NCBI GenBank assembly: GCA_965113315.1
Contig: OZ220372.1
DNA: 64,000 nt
Direction: 5' to 3' (one strand)
Source: Podarcis vaucheri
Taxonomy: Eukaryota
The position numbers and the translations under genes are program-made. Shown here in pieces: positions 51,125-64,000 of the stretch (position 1 is its first letter; the number at the start of each line of letters is the position of its first letter). The notes beneath the pieces are model-generated. The model had not been told where the DNA came from, did no database searches, and was given only the letters and a program-made list of their open reading frames with translations.

Positions 51125-51297
51125 GGGCCGTAGCTCAGTGGTAGCGATCATGCTTTACATGTCAAAGGTCCCAGGTTCAATCCCTGGTATCTAGAGACAA
51201 GGAAGAACTGCAACCTTGGAGAGACACTACCAATCAGGGTTGACAATGCTGAATGAGATGGAACAAAAGCTCTAACTCACTGTAGGCTCTACGTTCC
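51125..51297 (+). mobile_element. tRNA-derived SINE with CR1-like tail (probably Squam2-type)
   Basis: A box TAGCTCAGTGG, B box GGTTCAATCCC, degenerate cloverleaf, then non-tRNA body. Confidence 0.7.
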
Positions 51298-51554
51298 AAG
51301 AAGAACAGATACAAAAGCCATTTAAACCCTACACAGAGACAGACATTCAGATTTTAAAAATTGCTCTAGAATATTTGCAAAGGGCTCAATTACATATTTC
51401 TCTTTTTTTGCTGGAGTAGATCCTACTACAGTGGTTTTATATGCGAGGGGGGAAAGTTGATCTAGATCTACCATTTTCCAGGGAAGTCAAATGAGTCATA
51501 TTAACATTTTACAGTATTACAATAGTCTTTGTGAACAATAGATTCAATACTGAC

Positions 51555-51661
51555 CATTCATTTTGGTAATTAGGAGATTCTCCATTGAAGCTACTATTAG
51601 AAGAAAATCTACCACAGAAGTTACTTCTGAGAAATCTGCTTGAGCAGGTTTGTCTTCTGGG
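51555..51661 (-). CDS. SCAF11: SCAF11 exon 8 (PRRQTCSSRFLRSNF...GESPNYQNE)
   Basis: ttgtag| ... TG|gtcagt; phase 0 to 2. Confidence 0.82.
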
Positions 51662-52162
51662 CTACAAAATAAAGTTTTAAATGTAAAACACTGTGGTAAC
51701 CTCTGCATCCAATATTCATAAAATAAAAAAGTGTTCCAGATGTAAGAACATTTGAAAGAAGATTTATATTCTAGTCATATAACTGCAGAAGCCATCTAAA
51801 CTGCACTGAGACACGGGCAGAAATATATTTATGCAACACATTTCACAAGGTCTTGAAACTCACTTTCACTGCTAGGTCTACAAACTAGGATTGCGTGGCA
51901 GGGAAGGACTCAGAAGTAGAGGAGACACTTTGCATTTAGAAAGTCCTTAATTTTTTCCCCCATTGTAATTAAGCACCTCAAACAAATTATCTCGGCACAG
52001 ACTTTAAAAGGTTAGGTAGCAGGTGATGGGAAAGATCTCTGCCTAAGACTCTGGAGACTCCCAGTTTGTACTGTCATTGCACAAACTTGAGGGAAAGCCG
52101 CCTTAAACAAAAATGTATTCAGTAACTTTTAGTCCTTTAAACATAAAAGTAATTGAACAAAC

Positions 52163-52215
52163 CTTATTTTTCTTCATAGAAATAGAACTTTTATCTTCTT
52201 CTTTGTTTGAAGAAC
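52163..52215 (-). CDS. SCAF11: SCAF11 exon 7 (SSNKEEDKSSISMKKNK)
   Basis: ataaag| ... AAG|gtttgt; phase 1 to 0; ends like human ...IKINK. Confidence 0.72.
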
Positions 52216-53304
52216 CTTTATAATGATTAAAAAATGCACAATCTCACTTTAATCTGGTAATCGTTAGCATTAAGGCAATTAGACGTAGATTAAATTTCAT
52301 TTTAAACGTAAGAATTTCACAAACATTTTACTACTGCAAAAGCCCTTTGGAAGAAAAACACAATCAGATTAGAAAATTACTAGCATATACCCAAGCTAAT
52401 CGGTGGGACACATAAGATACAGTATTTGTCTATTCTTTATATAATTTCACAACACAGACTACAAACCAGCCAACTATGTAACTATTTCAGTACACCCAGA
52501 GGTACATTCAGCTCACACTATTTTCCTGCTGACACATCTCATGTATACAAGATGATGCTAGAATTCTTTAAGCGTTTACAGTGCCACAGGACTCTGTTTT
52601 TGTCAAGCCTATCCTGGTTATTTTGCCTAGAATTAGTGACTTGCTACATATCTAAGCACCCCTATGTCTGGACTACTAGTTGACAATTAGGGAGGAATGA
52701 CTCTTTTCTGATAGGGTCAGCGGAAGAGCTAAGGGCCAACATTAGAAGCACGGTTTGTGGTTAGGAAGCAGAGGCCACTTCCATGCACACCGAAGTACTC
52801 TGGAAACATCATATGAAAAGAATGCTCTGGACCACAGAAATTGTTCCCCAAATGCTGGGGGTGTGAGACAGAGCTTCAAAGGAAAAATGCACAGTTTAAA
52901 TACTTGCTAATACACAATAAGCTATTTGGTTGATTTGTCGCTATTTACTAAGCTCAGACCTTATCAAGTGCGTCTGTGTATATGTGAGCAGGACCTCTTT
53001 GTGCATGGAAAGGTTTGCCAATTCTCTTTAAAAGTGCTGTATAGTACACAGTCCCCTCAACACTGGCATACTGGACAAGTGAGCATCAGAACCCCTGAGG
53101 TTCTTTTGATTGGAGCCTAGATTTGATTTATTGCAGTTTCCTATCTCCCATAACGTCGCAAGACTTCTCTGCTCTGCTGAAATTGGCTTAGAAACGATTA
53201 ATTTGATAGAAGCATATCAAATACATCCAAAGCACTAGCAACATGTAGTTTTGAAATTTCAAAGGGAAGCCAAGTTAGTGACACAAAAACAAAAATAAAC
53301 TTAC

Positions 53305-53372
53305 TGTGTTTTTGGTTCCAGCCTTTACAGGAGATTGCTGTTAAATGCACTTTCCCTGCATTTTCATGTTTT
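53305..53372 (-). CDS. SCAF11: SCAF11 exon 6 (KHENAGKVHLTAISCKGWNQKH)
   Basis: tttgcag| ... A|gtaagt; phase 2 to 1 bridges exons 5 and 7; weak peptide similarity. Confidence 0.75.
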
Positions 53373-53687
53373 CTGCAAACACATACAAAACAGTTATATG
53401 CCGAGCAATTTAGTGTGTGCTAATGATGGACCAAGGTCCCCTAAAGGAATGAACTCTATAAATACCCTAAAGATCTTTAGCATCCAAGATCTAAAGAATG
53501 AAACTGCTATGATACTCTGGACACTTAAATGTACAGCAACAAACTGTTGCTTATCTCCAAAGAATATGAAGATTAATCCTGGTAAAGGGTGACAGCAACC
53601 TATGCCATCTAATGGCTCCTTTCTCGGCAAATTGTCTTAAATATTGCCTATGTATTTAGGGTCATATCATATTCAACATTAGTCATA

Positions 53688-53974
53688 CAGTGGTGCCTTG
53701 CAAGACAAAATTAATCCGTTCCGCGAGTCTCTTTGTCTTGCGGTTTTTTCGTCTTGCGAAGCACGGCTATTAGCGGCTTAGCGGCTAAGAGGCTATTAAT
53801 GGCTTAGCGGCTTTAAGAAAAAGGAAACAAACTCGCAAGAACTCGCAAGATGTTTCGTCTTGCGAAGCAAGCCCATAGGGAAATTCGTCTTGCGGAACAA
53901 CTCAAAAAACGGAAAACTCTTTCGTCTAGCGAGTTTTTCGTCTTGCGAGGCATTCGTCTTGCGGGGCACCACTG
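53688..53974. mobile_element. Tigger-like MITE with iterated TCTTGCG motifs
   Basis: TIR CAGTGGTGCCTTGCAAGAC / GTCTTGCGGGGCACCACTG, TA TSD. Confidence 0.88.
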
Positions 53975-54147
53975 TACTCTTAAGCCAGCACAAATTAACA
54001 AACTTAAATGCAAGTCTTTTGATCTCTATGTGAGTACTCAGAGTATTACTTATTGGTATCATCCTTATCAATCTGAAACACATCTAATCAATGTTTATGA
54101 ACGAACTAGACATGACATCAAGAGTAAAGGAAAGGTTCATTACTAAC

Positions 54148-54239
54148 CTTGTACAGTTTTTCATATTTGCAGGGCAATACTTGCCCTCATTACAGCTAAG
54201 TAGGTCATCTTTTTTGCTTACTTGTTCCTTTATTTGAAC
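54148..54239 (-). CDS. SCAF11: SCAF11 exon 5 (VQIKEQVSKKDDLLSC...KNCT)
   Basis: ttacag| ... AG|gttagt; frame consistent. Confidence 0.85.
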
Positions 54240-54572
54240 CTGTAAGGAATGTTAAAATTAGTACTGCAATTTCCCAAATCATTTTCTCTAATATTTACAA
54301 CCTAGTGGTTATGTGATTCATCCTACAGCATTATTCACTTAATACACAATATAAAAATGCCAATTCTGATTTATAGCATCACACTGATTTGTTCTAAAGG
54401 AACTCTGGGTCAAGACATTCTCATTCTAGGAAAAGAGACAAAGCAGAAGCTTGCTCAATAGCACACACTTGGGTAGAGTTACCAGTAAAAAAACCCCTAA
54501 AAATCTGTCTTGGTGTTTTCTGAAAACATAAAAAAGTCCAGTAAAACTTTTCTTATAAGCTACTGGACAATT

Positions 54573-54823
54573 GAAGAAAAAGAGGAGTTTGGATTTGATA
54601 TCCCGCTTTATCACTACCCAAAGGAGTCTCAAAGCAGCTAACATTCTCCTTTCCCTTCCTCCCCCACAACAAACACTCTGTGAGGTGAATGGGGCTGAGA
54701 GACTTCAGAGAAGTATGACTAGCCCAAGGTCACCCAGCAGCTGCATGTGGAGGAGCCGAGACGCAAACCTGGTTCCCCAGATTACGAATCTACCGCTCTT
54801 AACCACTACACCACACTGGCTCT
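54573..54823 (-). mobile_element. Squam3-like SINE
   Basis: Reverse complement of the 30205 copy. Confidence 0.85.
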
Positions 54824-55936
54824 TCATACGGTCCTCATTATTTGCCGCATGAAAGTGTTCCCAAGATATTGATTGAATTATCAGGGTGAAATCTGCTGTT
54901 GCCATCCTGCTCAGAAAACAGCTTTTGACCGTGGAGGAATCTGCTAATGTAAGAAGGAAGGGTATTTTTTCCAGTTTCCCATTCACATTGCAGCTGCCCA
55001 CACCACTATCCACAAAGTTTTAAAGGGTCCCCTAAACTTCTATAACGGATTTTCAGGAGCATAGGGAAATACAGTAGGACAGCAGAGTTTATCATTGTTA
55101 GTGATCATCTCTGCTAAATCAAAAGCCATTCTGTGCATGGCATGACAGCCCTGGATTTCACTCCTAATGTCTTCCTAGTTTATCATTTTGGAGCAAATAT
55201 GATTTTAGCCTTTTATTATTAAATAAACATGGGTCCTAAAATTTAGACATTGTTTACTTCCCAGAAATCATGTATTTGGAAGAATCCTGATAACAACACC
55301 TTTATGGGGTTTTAGAGAAGCAGGAGTATGGAGTAAGAGGGAAGCCTAGGTTGAATAAAAAATACTGTATGTTTCTCTTTTTCTCTCCCTCTCCACCTCT
55401 TCTGCAAATGGCAGAAGACTCGGGAGAATGGGGTCTTGCTTATGTTTGCAGAAGCAGCTGAAGTATTACACTGCTTTTACCTTCTGCAAAGACAAAACAG
55501 AGAGACCAATCTCTCCCCTTGCCCAAATCTGTAATTAATTGAAAAGAGCAACCAGCATCTCCTTTGCAAATGAATCACACTTAAACACTAGAACTTTTTG
55601 AGATGTGCTGGGAATTACAGCTTGCCAACAAATAAAATAAGAAATCATTTGAGCGCTAAATGGTATGATTTTACCAACACTGAGAAATAATTGTGAAGTA
55701 TATAAAAAATGGGTTGGAAATAGACTTCAACTTCCACAAAGAGAAGGACTCCTTCTATCAGGGTTAAATGCTTTAAACAAATGTTTTTTAGTCAAAGTTA
55801 GAACATGCCATTAACAGCATCCAACCTGCCTTAGTGACCAAATAATTATTCAGATCTTTGAAGAACAAAAGGCTAATTTATTCTGATGGTAATTTTCTAA
55901 ACACAAAATATAAATTAAATAAACATTGGAACTTGC

Positions 55937-56014
55937 CTTTATGCAGTCTTCTAACGCATTAAGTTTATATACAGCTTGGAACTGTTTGCGGTCAACTGGG
56001 CATGACGCTCTGGT
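55937..56014 (-). CDS. SCAF11: SCAF11 exon 4, end of RING (TRASCPVDRKQFQAVYKLNALEDCIK), GC donor
   Basis: ctttcag| acceptor; AAG|gcaagt donor; 78 nt, phase 0 to 0. Confidence 0.9.
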
Positions 56015-57900
56015 CTGAAAGAAGATTTTGTTCACATCTCACTATTTTATAACATTAGAAATAGTTTTTTCTCTCTCTCTCTCAAAAAAAGGGAACAACT
56101 GTATCGTCTGTCCAGTTTTTGAATCTCTTGATTCAAACCAACCTGCATGCATATTCCTCTGGAATCTGTTATTTTCAATTAACTTAAGATGCCAGATGCT
56201 AATTGGCTCAATAAATAAATCAATTAAAGCATTAGTTGATGAATCAGCAAGGGCAAGCTGATCTGTTGGGTTGCAAATCAACAGTAATTTTATTTTTAAG
56301 TATATTTTAGAAATAATAGCCATTCCTTCTAGGAACACAAATGTGACACCTGTGTGTGTGCATGCATATTGGTGTGTGGATGGTAAAAGGTGAATAAATG
56401 AATTGTTTGGAATTAAATGATGACAACAGAGATATAAAAGGAATTGGGAAAGCAGACATGTTGGATATTTCAGGTGTGTGTGATGGAAATCCTACAGGTG
56501 ATAAAATAAAGGTGTGATCTTGCACTTTAGATAGATAGCAAGCAACCAGGAAGTCACATGGTGGAGGCAGAGTGGTGCAGTAGTAAAACCCAGGTCTCCA
56601 AAGAGTGGTGGAAGCAGGGGAACAATAGAAACTGAATTCGGACTCCATACTGTCCTTACTGCAGCCATATTCATATCATTCCCTCTTGATGAGTGGGAAG
56701 GGCCACAGACTGCCACATAGCAGTGACTCGGATCCAGCAACTACGAAGAACTTCTACAACCAACCTACAAGACCCTTCCAGGTACTGACATGCAGACTGA
56801 CTGCAAGATCTGAGCACTCCTCTCAACCCACCTGGTTCCAGTCACACATTCTGCTCATTAAGCAAGATCAACCTGTGCATAAGTGCAATATCTACTGGCA
56901 TGGGCTTTGCTTGCCACACTGTTTTTCTACCGTTGAGTCCTGTTGGCTTGTGTCTCTAAAGCAGAGGGACTAAATATTTTATCATGACCACAATTCTGGA
57001 TAATTAGCTTCAAATACTTGAAGAAATGCCATGAACATAGAAAATAATTACTGACTTTTAGAAACATTTTGTCCTACTGATTAGAGTAGGACATGAAGAG
57101 TATGCAATTAAACTCTGGGGTTTATAATATCTGCCACAGCGATAAGTGATCACAGCAATAAAAGATGCCTAGAAAAAGTAGTTCTCCAAAAAGGTTTCTA
57201 AGAAGCTGGATAAGCATCAGTTACAATATTGCATATGATGTGTATAAGACTTTAGGTCCTTATGAAGTTCTCTCAATCTGGGTTGTTCATCACAACAAGC
57301 AAGATGCTGAAAGCAACAATGTTATATTGCATAAGCATAGCTACACGGGCAAAGAAAGAAGTCTACAGTAACAAAGCACAATATTACAAAGTTGCAAGAA
57401 AATAGGTCAGTACTATGGGATCATCATTTAGCAGATTTCCCGGGAAAGCAACAGCAGTAGGAAAGGAGACACAATAATTACCTACAGAGTTTGGGATGAC
57501 AAATGGACAAACCATTTATCAAGAACTCACAACATTAACTTCCAACAAACAAAGGCCACTATCTAAGCATTTACCAAATGTGGTGATGCAAGTACTTCGC
57601 TGAAATGTGAAACGAGTTACATTTGGGCCATAACTCACAAAGAGCTGATTTAGGCATGCCAGCTGGGGTTTTTTGTTTTTTGTTTAATCCTTTAAACATC
57701 AAGCCCTTTTGCTATATTATATACTGCTTTTGAAAGTCTCATGTTTCAAAAGCAGGCTGCCATATGCCTTCGAGGTCACTTGAATATGAGGAACTAGTAG
57801 TACTGTTCTTTGGCTGCCAAGGAGAAATATTACCCTTTAAAATGATTTTAAGCATTTAAGTAGCCAGCTTACAAGTTTCCCATGAACCACCTATACTTAC

Positions 57901-58058
57901 TTCGGCCCATTTAAGGATGCAGGTCATGCAGAAGATGTGACTGCAGTTTTCAGGAAAACCAACCTCCTGCTCTGCCAGGCAGTTTAGACAGATTGGACAC
58001 CTGTCATCTTCAGACAGAAAGCGAGAAGAACAGGAGCAGTTTTCTTCATTCTCTTCAC
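57901..58058 (-). CDS. SCAF11: SCAF11 exon 3, RING finger (CPICLNCL...CSHIFCMTCILKWAE)
   Basis: aacag| ... GAA|gtaagt; C3HC4 ligand pattern. Confidence 0.95.
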
Positions 58059-60011
58059 CTGTTATAAAATGTAAAAGCTCTGTGAAGTCTGTAGTAGTAA
58101 TATCCACTTAAATAATATGCCACATCATGCTGATATGCAATTTTGTTCAAACTTGCAGATCTAAAAAGTTGACTCTCAAATCCTTTGTAAGCTGACAGTA
58201 AAATGTCTCAATATTGTCAGCTAGGTCTGAAATGCAGTTATCTCATTATGTATGACTGAAGCCAACAAGAATGCAAATGTTGAATTTTGAATATTGTGAT
58301 CATCATACTGCCCTCTACCCAACATTTCGTCCTTACCAACCACCAGGTCATGAGCAGGTCAGGTCAAGATTTAGGGTGTGTGTGTGTATGCCTTTAGATG
58401 TGAATATGAAAACTGCTCCGGCCTACTATTGGTAGTGGCCAACTACAAACCATCCACGACATGGAATTACTGAAGCTTTTAAACAAGTTACTATGACAGC
58501 AGTCACTACTGCATATATGTCAATTAGTTTCACAGGTTAATTATAAATCACTGTGGTAACAATGTGATCTACATGCATATAAAATTGTAAGGTGCAATTT
58601 TGTACAAATATCTTTTTATTTTTTGTAAATAGCTATCTCAAAACCAGTGCAATAATTTTCCTATGATTAAAATGAAACCTTTTAGGCCTTTTTTCAAGTT
58701 TTAAAAAATAAAGTTGACTTTATAATTTCTTAAAACCCTATTAAAATCCAGACCGACTGAAAACTAACAAATGCCAAATAGACAATACCTTTTCCTGGTT
58801 AGCCTGCAAGTGTCTAGATAACAATTCACTTGGGACACAATGTATAATATCAAAAATTCATAAACAGTGGTCTTGAGATGATACCACACCTCTACATGGG
58901 CATTAAATTCCTGGATGCTTCAGAAACATCCCCTCAAATCAGGGGTAGCAAGCTCACAGGCCAATTCCAGCCCACCCAACAAAGTTACCGCAGGTGGACC
59001 CCCAGGTCTGGGAAAGCCATGCCCCTCTTTAGCACTGCAACTTCTCCATCATGGGACTGAGAGGAGAGGTTGAATTTGGGAAAGATTTAAACCTCTACTC
59101 GCAGCCCAATCCTGCAATGAAGCAATATCTCAACTACTGAGATGTGAGGGAAAGCTGTGGTGAATCTCCATCCCAGCACTTAGGTAGAGAGGTTTAAACT
59201 TCTCACCTAAGCTCAGCACCGCAGTGGAGAAATTGACCTTTCTCAGTGCTGAGCTGAGAGGTTTAAACCTCTCCATGCAGTCTAGCCTTACAGTGAAGAA
59301 ATTGCCCCACCACAGAACTAGGCTGAGAGGATGGGGAACGAGTGTGCAGTACAGTATATGTATCTATATGTATGATGAGTGCCTCTGTGGGTGGATTCTG
59401 TGCAGCTTCATGCATGTCTGCATGGCAAGAGTGTATGTATGCAAGATGTGAACTGCAGGTTAGCCAACTCTGAACACAATCTTCAGGATGAAAAAGGTCA
59501 GCCATCCCTGCCTTACACAGTTCTGATCTTCAATGTGTGTCTCTTAGGGCACCAACTCTACAACCCTTTGCATATCAGAAAATAACATACAACACAAGCA
59601 CTTTGTCAAGGACAGGGGTAAGAACAGCTTAATTTGTCAGATATTGTGAACAAATCAGATGTTAAAAGAGATTCAATGAGTTGTTATTCCAGAATAACAG
59701 GCCATGTGGATCAGCCCTTTCAAATGCAAGTTTGCCACATCAACAGGAGTCATCATGTCCTGAAGAACAAAGGACCTCTTACAAACAATTTTCAAATATT
59801 CTCCTATTCAGAAGCCCCCTCTGAAGTGACCATGAACTGTGGGCACTATCTCTAATCAGCCAAAAGCAGAAATACCAAAGGATGCTTTACATTTTCTCTA
59901 TTAGATCTGGAAATGTTGGTGTAGGAAGATGCTAAAAAGAAGTGATATATGTTGTTCCACTTTATTATTATCTTATCTGATTTAGCAGAATATCCAACCA
60001 ATATTAGCTAC

Positions 60012-60072
60012 CTTCTGTGTCTTCATGCTTTTCATCTTCAGCATTTTGTATACATTGCTTTTTATTCTTCAT
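60012..60072 (-). CDS. SCAF11: SCAF11 first coding exon (MKNKKQCIQNAEDEKHEDTE); whole exon 60012-60092 including 20 nt of 5' UTR
   Basis: Minus strand ttttgcag|GTTG...GAAATG...GAAG|gtagct; similar to the recalled human N-terminus MKKKTVCTLNMGDKKYEDME; phase 1 joins the RING exon. Confidence 0.85.
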
Positions 60073-60770
60073 TTCTGCTTAGGAAATACAACCTGCAAAA
60101 TATTGATAATGATTATATTCCTCCTAATATGTCACAGATTTCAACCCTACAACTCCAACAGAGGCAGTGTTATAACAAGAATATATATATCACACATTGC
60201 TTGAATTTATCATATTTTTAAAATTATTATTTATTAAATTTATATACTGCCCTATACCTGCAAGTCTATATTTCTTGGCCCTCATACATTCAAGGAATTT
60301 TATTTTCTTTCCTGCAACTATGATTTCTCAATGCATAGGACCAGGGCATAGTATCTGATACCAGATTGTCTTAAACATACGGTTGCATGCCACCCCAATC
60401 TCCGACTGGTATGAGATGCCAGGGGGTTCCAGGCACTCATACAGAGTTTGTGTTTCCTTTAGAATGAGGCACAGTGGAGGCTCTGGTGTCTTTAAAATAT
60501 TTGGTTTCTTTACATGTATATACAACCTATGCCTACAATGGAGGGGTTCAAAGCCTTAACACCACAAAGGGTCCTGTTTCTCCTATAGCTACAGCCTTGG
60601 ATTCCAGCAGAAATCAGGCCTTGCTCTCTCTCACTCTGCCTTTCCAGCCTGAAGCTTTTGCATCCAGCTTCTAGCTCACACCACTGCTCTGGCCTTTTGT
60701 CTTTCAAATTAACAGACAGTTGAACCCACCCATTTGTCCTCTGGTACAGAGCCACTCCCTTTGCTATCTT

Positions 60771-61119
60771 AAGGTATAAAGTTAAAGGGACCCCTGTCCG
60801 TTAGGTCCAGTCACGGTTGACTCTGGGGTTGCGGCGCTCATCTCACTTTATTGGCTGAGGGAGCCAGCGTACAGCTTCCGGGTCATGTGGCCAGTATGAT
60901 TAAGCCACTTCTGGCGAACCAGAGCAGCGCACGGAAATGCCGTTTACCTTCCCGCTGGAGTGGTACCTATTTAACTACTTGCACTTTGTACTTTCGAACT
61001 GCTAGGTTGGCAGGTGCTGGGACAACAGGAGCTCACCCCGTCGCGGGGATTTGAACCGCCGACCTTCTGATCAGCAAGCCCTAGGCTCTGTGGTTTAACC
61101 CACAGCGCCACCCACATCC
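60771..61119 (-). mobile_element. Sauria SINE, full length
   Basis: Reverse complement of the family seen at 19520. Confidence 0.9.
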
Positions 61120-62568
61120 ATAATTAGCGGACCATTACCAAGCTGGCCTGGTTATTCCCCTTCCCCCAAACTCAGAACAGTAGGAATAATCATGAGTACA
61201 AGAAAAGAAAAATGGAAACACAGGCCGATTCTCCTTGAGCCAAGTCCAACTTATCTTGGGAGAAAATGCAATGCCTTGTCAGTTTCCCCTTAACAAGAAG
61301 TTATTCTAAAACATTTTCAATTTGGGGGTCATCTTTCTAAACTTACCCTACCTTTTTAGAGAACACTCCTAAATTCAACTCTAATCTCTTAAATGATAGG
61401 TGGATGTGTAGGTTCACATGCACAATGCTGTTTATCTCATGACTATTCTTGAAGAACTGCAGACTAAGGTAAACTGATTAAGATTTTAGCATCAATACAG
61501 GTGCCCTCTCTCTCACTCTTCAACCTGTATGTTTTGACAAGCAAGAACTGGAGCCTGCAATCAATCAATAACAGAATGAATATGAGTTAAGAAGTTGAAA
61601 CTTCATCCATCAATAAAGGACACCCTACTTCATGACCCACTGCTAAGTATGGCTGATGGGATATGTGGGAGCCTTCTCTGTAGTAACACCCACCATAATA
61701 ACTTCCTACCATAGGCCACACAGCTAACAATTTTTGATGTTGAAATGCACGCTGAGCATTTTTTAAAGCTTTTTGTTTTAGGGTATAAATGTCTAAAGAA
61801 AAAAATGTGTTTCTTCCTGTAGCTGCTTCCTCCAGAGTTCTGATCCAGGTCATGGGGGAAGGGGGAGAGAAAGAATGCTGTTAGAAATAAAAAATCCTAC
61901 TCATACAAAAGTCAATGAGCATTCCTAAAGCAACTCTAGATTCCAACCAGTATATAAAAAGCAAAATGTTACTTGCTACCGAGTACAAGCAAACTCAGAA
62001 TGTTCATAGAATCTGGAGGTTGTTTGGATTTTATCCGTTTTCCAGTGCACCTACCTGCTACAATTTACTTTTCTAAGATACTTTAAAAAAAACAACCTAT
62101 TAATAAGACAAATTTCCTAACAGATTTGCAGCCTTAAGTAAATAGCAAAAGATAAACAAAGATGCAAAAATTTGGCACATTTGAAGGGAAAGAGGGGGTT
62201 CCTAATCCCTTATTTTCACTGTAGTGTCAACACATGACAAATTAGCAAGTGAAAAGAAGACAATTAACCCTTTACCAGCCTATCAGTTTTGTCTGCAAAT
62301 GCTTCTAGATAACTTTAAAATGTTTTCCTCCAGCTAAAGTCAAAAACAAGCAAATGAAGCTGGATAAAGCACTATGCTCTCACACCAACCCATTCTCCTT
62401 TGCAATAGTGCCATCAAACTCCCTATTATCTTTTGCTAATATATGTGAATGCTTTGTGTCCATAGAGTGCAGTGGTATGGGAAAGTAAGACCAACTGTGA
62501 GACATGTGGATTAAAATGGACACAAGTTTAATGGCTACAGCTTACACAGAGTTGGGCATGACATAGGG

Positions 62569-62705
62569 CAGGGATATCCATACCGGTCGATCGTGGGGCA
62601 TCCTGTGATCATGACAGACCCCCCCAAAAAAAATGGGTAGATCACTGCCTTTTTTTAAAAAAAAGTGGGAGTAGATCACAGTTTCTTGGAAGTTGGACAT
62701 CCCTG
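62569..62705. mobile_element. hAT MITE
   Basis: TIR CAGGGATATCCA / TGGACATCCCTG; 8-bp TSD ACATAGGG / GCATAGGG. Confidence 0.8.
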
Positions 62706-63175
62706 GCATAGGGCAAGGACCCAGATTTCTAACATCCTACTTGCTCATTCCTCATTCTGAATGCTGGGGGGAAACCTTAAGCCCAGAAGCAGAGCAGAAG
62801 GGGTGGTTCGTCACAAGCCCCGTCCCTTGGGAGAACAGCAAACAGTTTATTGGGAAGAGCTTGCACCTCAGTGTGGTAAAGTAGCAGCCAGATAATGTCA
62901 CCACCTGGCCACCCTCCTCTCAGGCTCTCACACAATCCTACCCTCCTGTGATAGCATAAAATAGGACAAGCTGGTGGGAAGCCTGGACTTAACCAAGAAT
63001 ACACACATCTTTGCCCTAAGGAATGAAAAGACTAGTTTTTAGTGAAAGAGCCAACTATGAAGTTTAAAAGATTACTGACACTTTTTTCAGAAAAAAAGCC
63101 AAACCCCCTATTTCCTACCCATGCATTACTTATGAACGTTTCTTCACAAACTTTCTAAGAATTTAATTACATACT

Positions 63176-63209
63176 TTCCCTTCCCTTCCCTTCCCTTCCC
63201 TTCCCTTCC
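63176..63209. repeat. (TTCCC)n microsatellite
   Basis: Direct reading. Confidence 0.95.
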
Positions 63210-64000
63210 TGTCCTTGCTTTCCATGAAAACAAAACATACTGCTTAACTGTGGATTTGGTGTACATGGGAGGAGGTGTGTGCTTTTACGCCTTATGAAGT
63301 AATTAGATATCTCCTAGCAGTTTATAACCAATGGTTTTCTGGCAATCAACTACTTCAGCATTACGAAAGAGTCCTCAGACACCTTTATAGATATTCAATC
63401 CCTCCTGTTTGCTATGCCTTCACAAAGAAAGCAGTTTGTACAATCAAGCATATAGTTAAGAGACAGATATGTGAGACTGCAAAGGAAATTAAGGATCTCT
63501 CTCATCTCCAAATTTTGACACTGAATTGCTCCCGAGTGACATGTGCTATGCAACTTTCAGTTACAGAACCCATAACAGGACAGTAGATCAGGCACAGGAA
63601 ACCTGTGACTGGCCAGGCCCTTCATCTTACCTGTCCCTATAGACACACACCTTCCGCCAGGTCAGCCTCCTCCCTCCTCTCATTTGACTAAAAGGGCTCA
63701 ATTTTCACCCCTACTGTGGCATGCTAGACAGAGAGCTGAAACCCTAATAAGACAATGATTCATAAATCATAGGTCTTGTTCATATCAATCCTGACATTTC
63801 CTTAAAAACTGCTGAGCAGCCAAACATGCAACTGTCCTGTGATTTTCAGAAGAAGGGCAGTATATAAATTTAATAAATAATAACAACAATAGTAATAGCA
63901 AGAAAAGCATCAACATTGTTTGTGCATTGGACAATGAAGTTTAAGACATACAGAATCCTTCAGTCTACACACACATCATGTGATCATTTCAGTTCAAAAG

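Noticed and set aside
51125-51190. Possible tRNA gene
   Set aside because: A/B boxes are present but the stems are broken and the sequence continues into a SINE body

Overview
Vertebrate genomic DNA, most likely from a lacertid lizard (Podarcis/Lacerta-like; inferred from Sauria/Squam-type SINEs and lizard MITEs). It holds two convergent (tail-to-tail) genes in the same arrangement as human 12q12. On the + strand is the 3' part of ARID2 (BAF200, PBAF subunit): 11 coding exons from 380 to the stop at 27178, then a 3' UTR interrupted by four N blocks. On the - strand is the complete coding sequence of SCAF11 (RING - RS/SP repeats - SRI): 14 coding exons from the ATG at 60072 to the stop at 38164, 4473 nt / 1490 aa by my splicing. 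Exon numbers follow the human genes as recalled. Introns and the intergenic space carry SINEs, CR1 and L2 fragments, Tc1/mariner-pogo and hAT MITEs, Penelope-type remnants and microsatellites. I cannot claim a wholly new system. The best leads are: (i) several phase-compatible micro/cassette exon candidates in ARID2 intron 15, just upstream of the zinc fingers; (ii) a minimal hammerhead ribozyme motif inside an inverted Penelope-like repeat in SCAF11 intron 13; (iii) two GC-AG introns in SCAF11 next to its two folded domains; (iv) a 21-aa tandem repeat in SCAF11; (v) N blocks confined to the ARID2 3' UTR.
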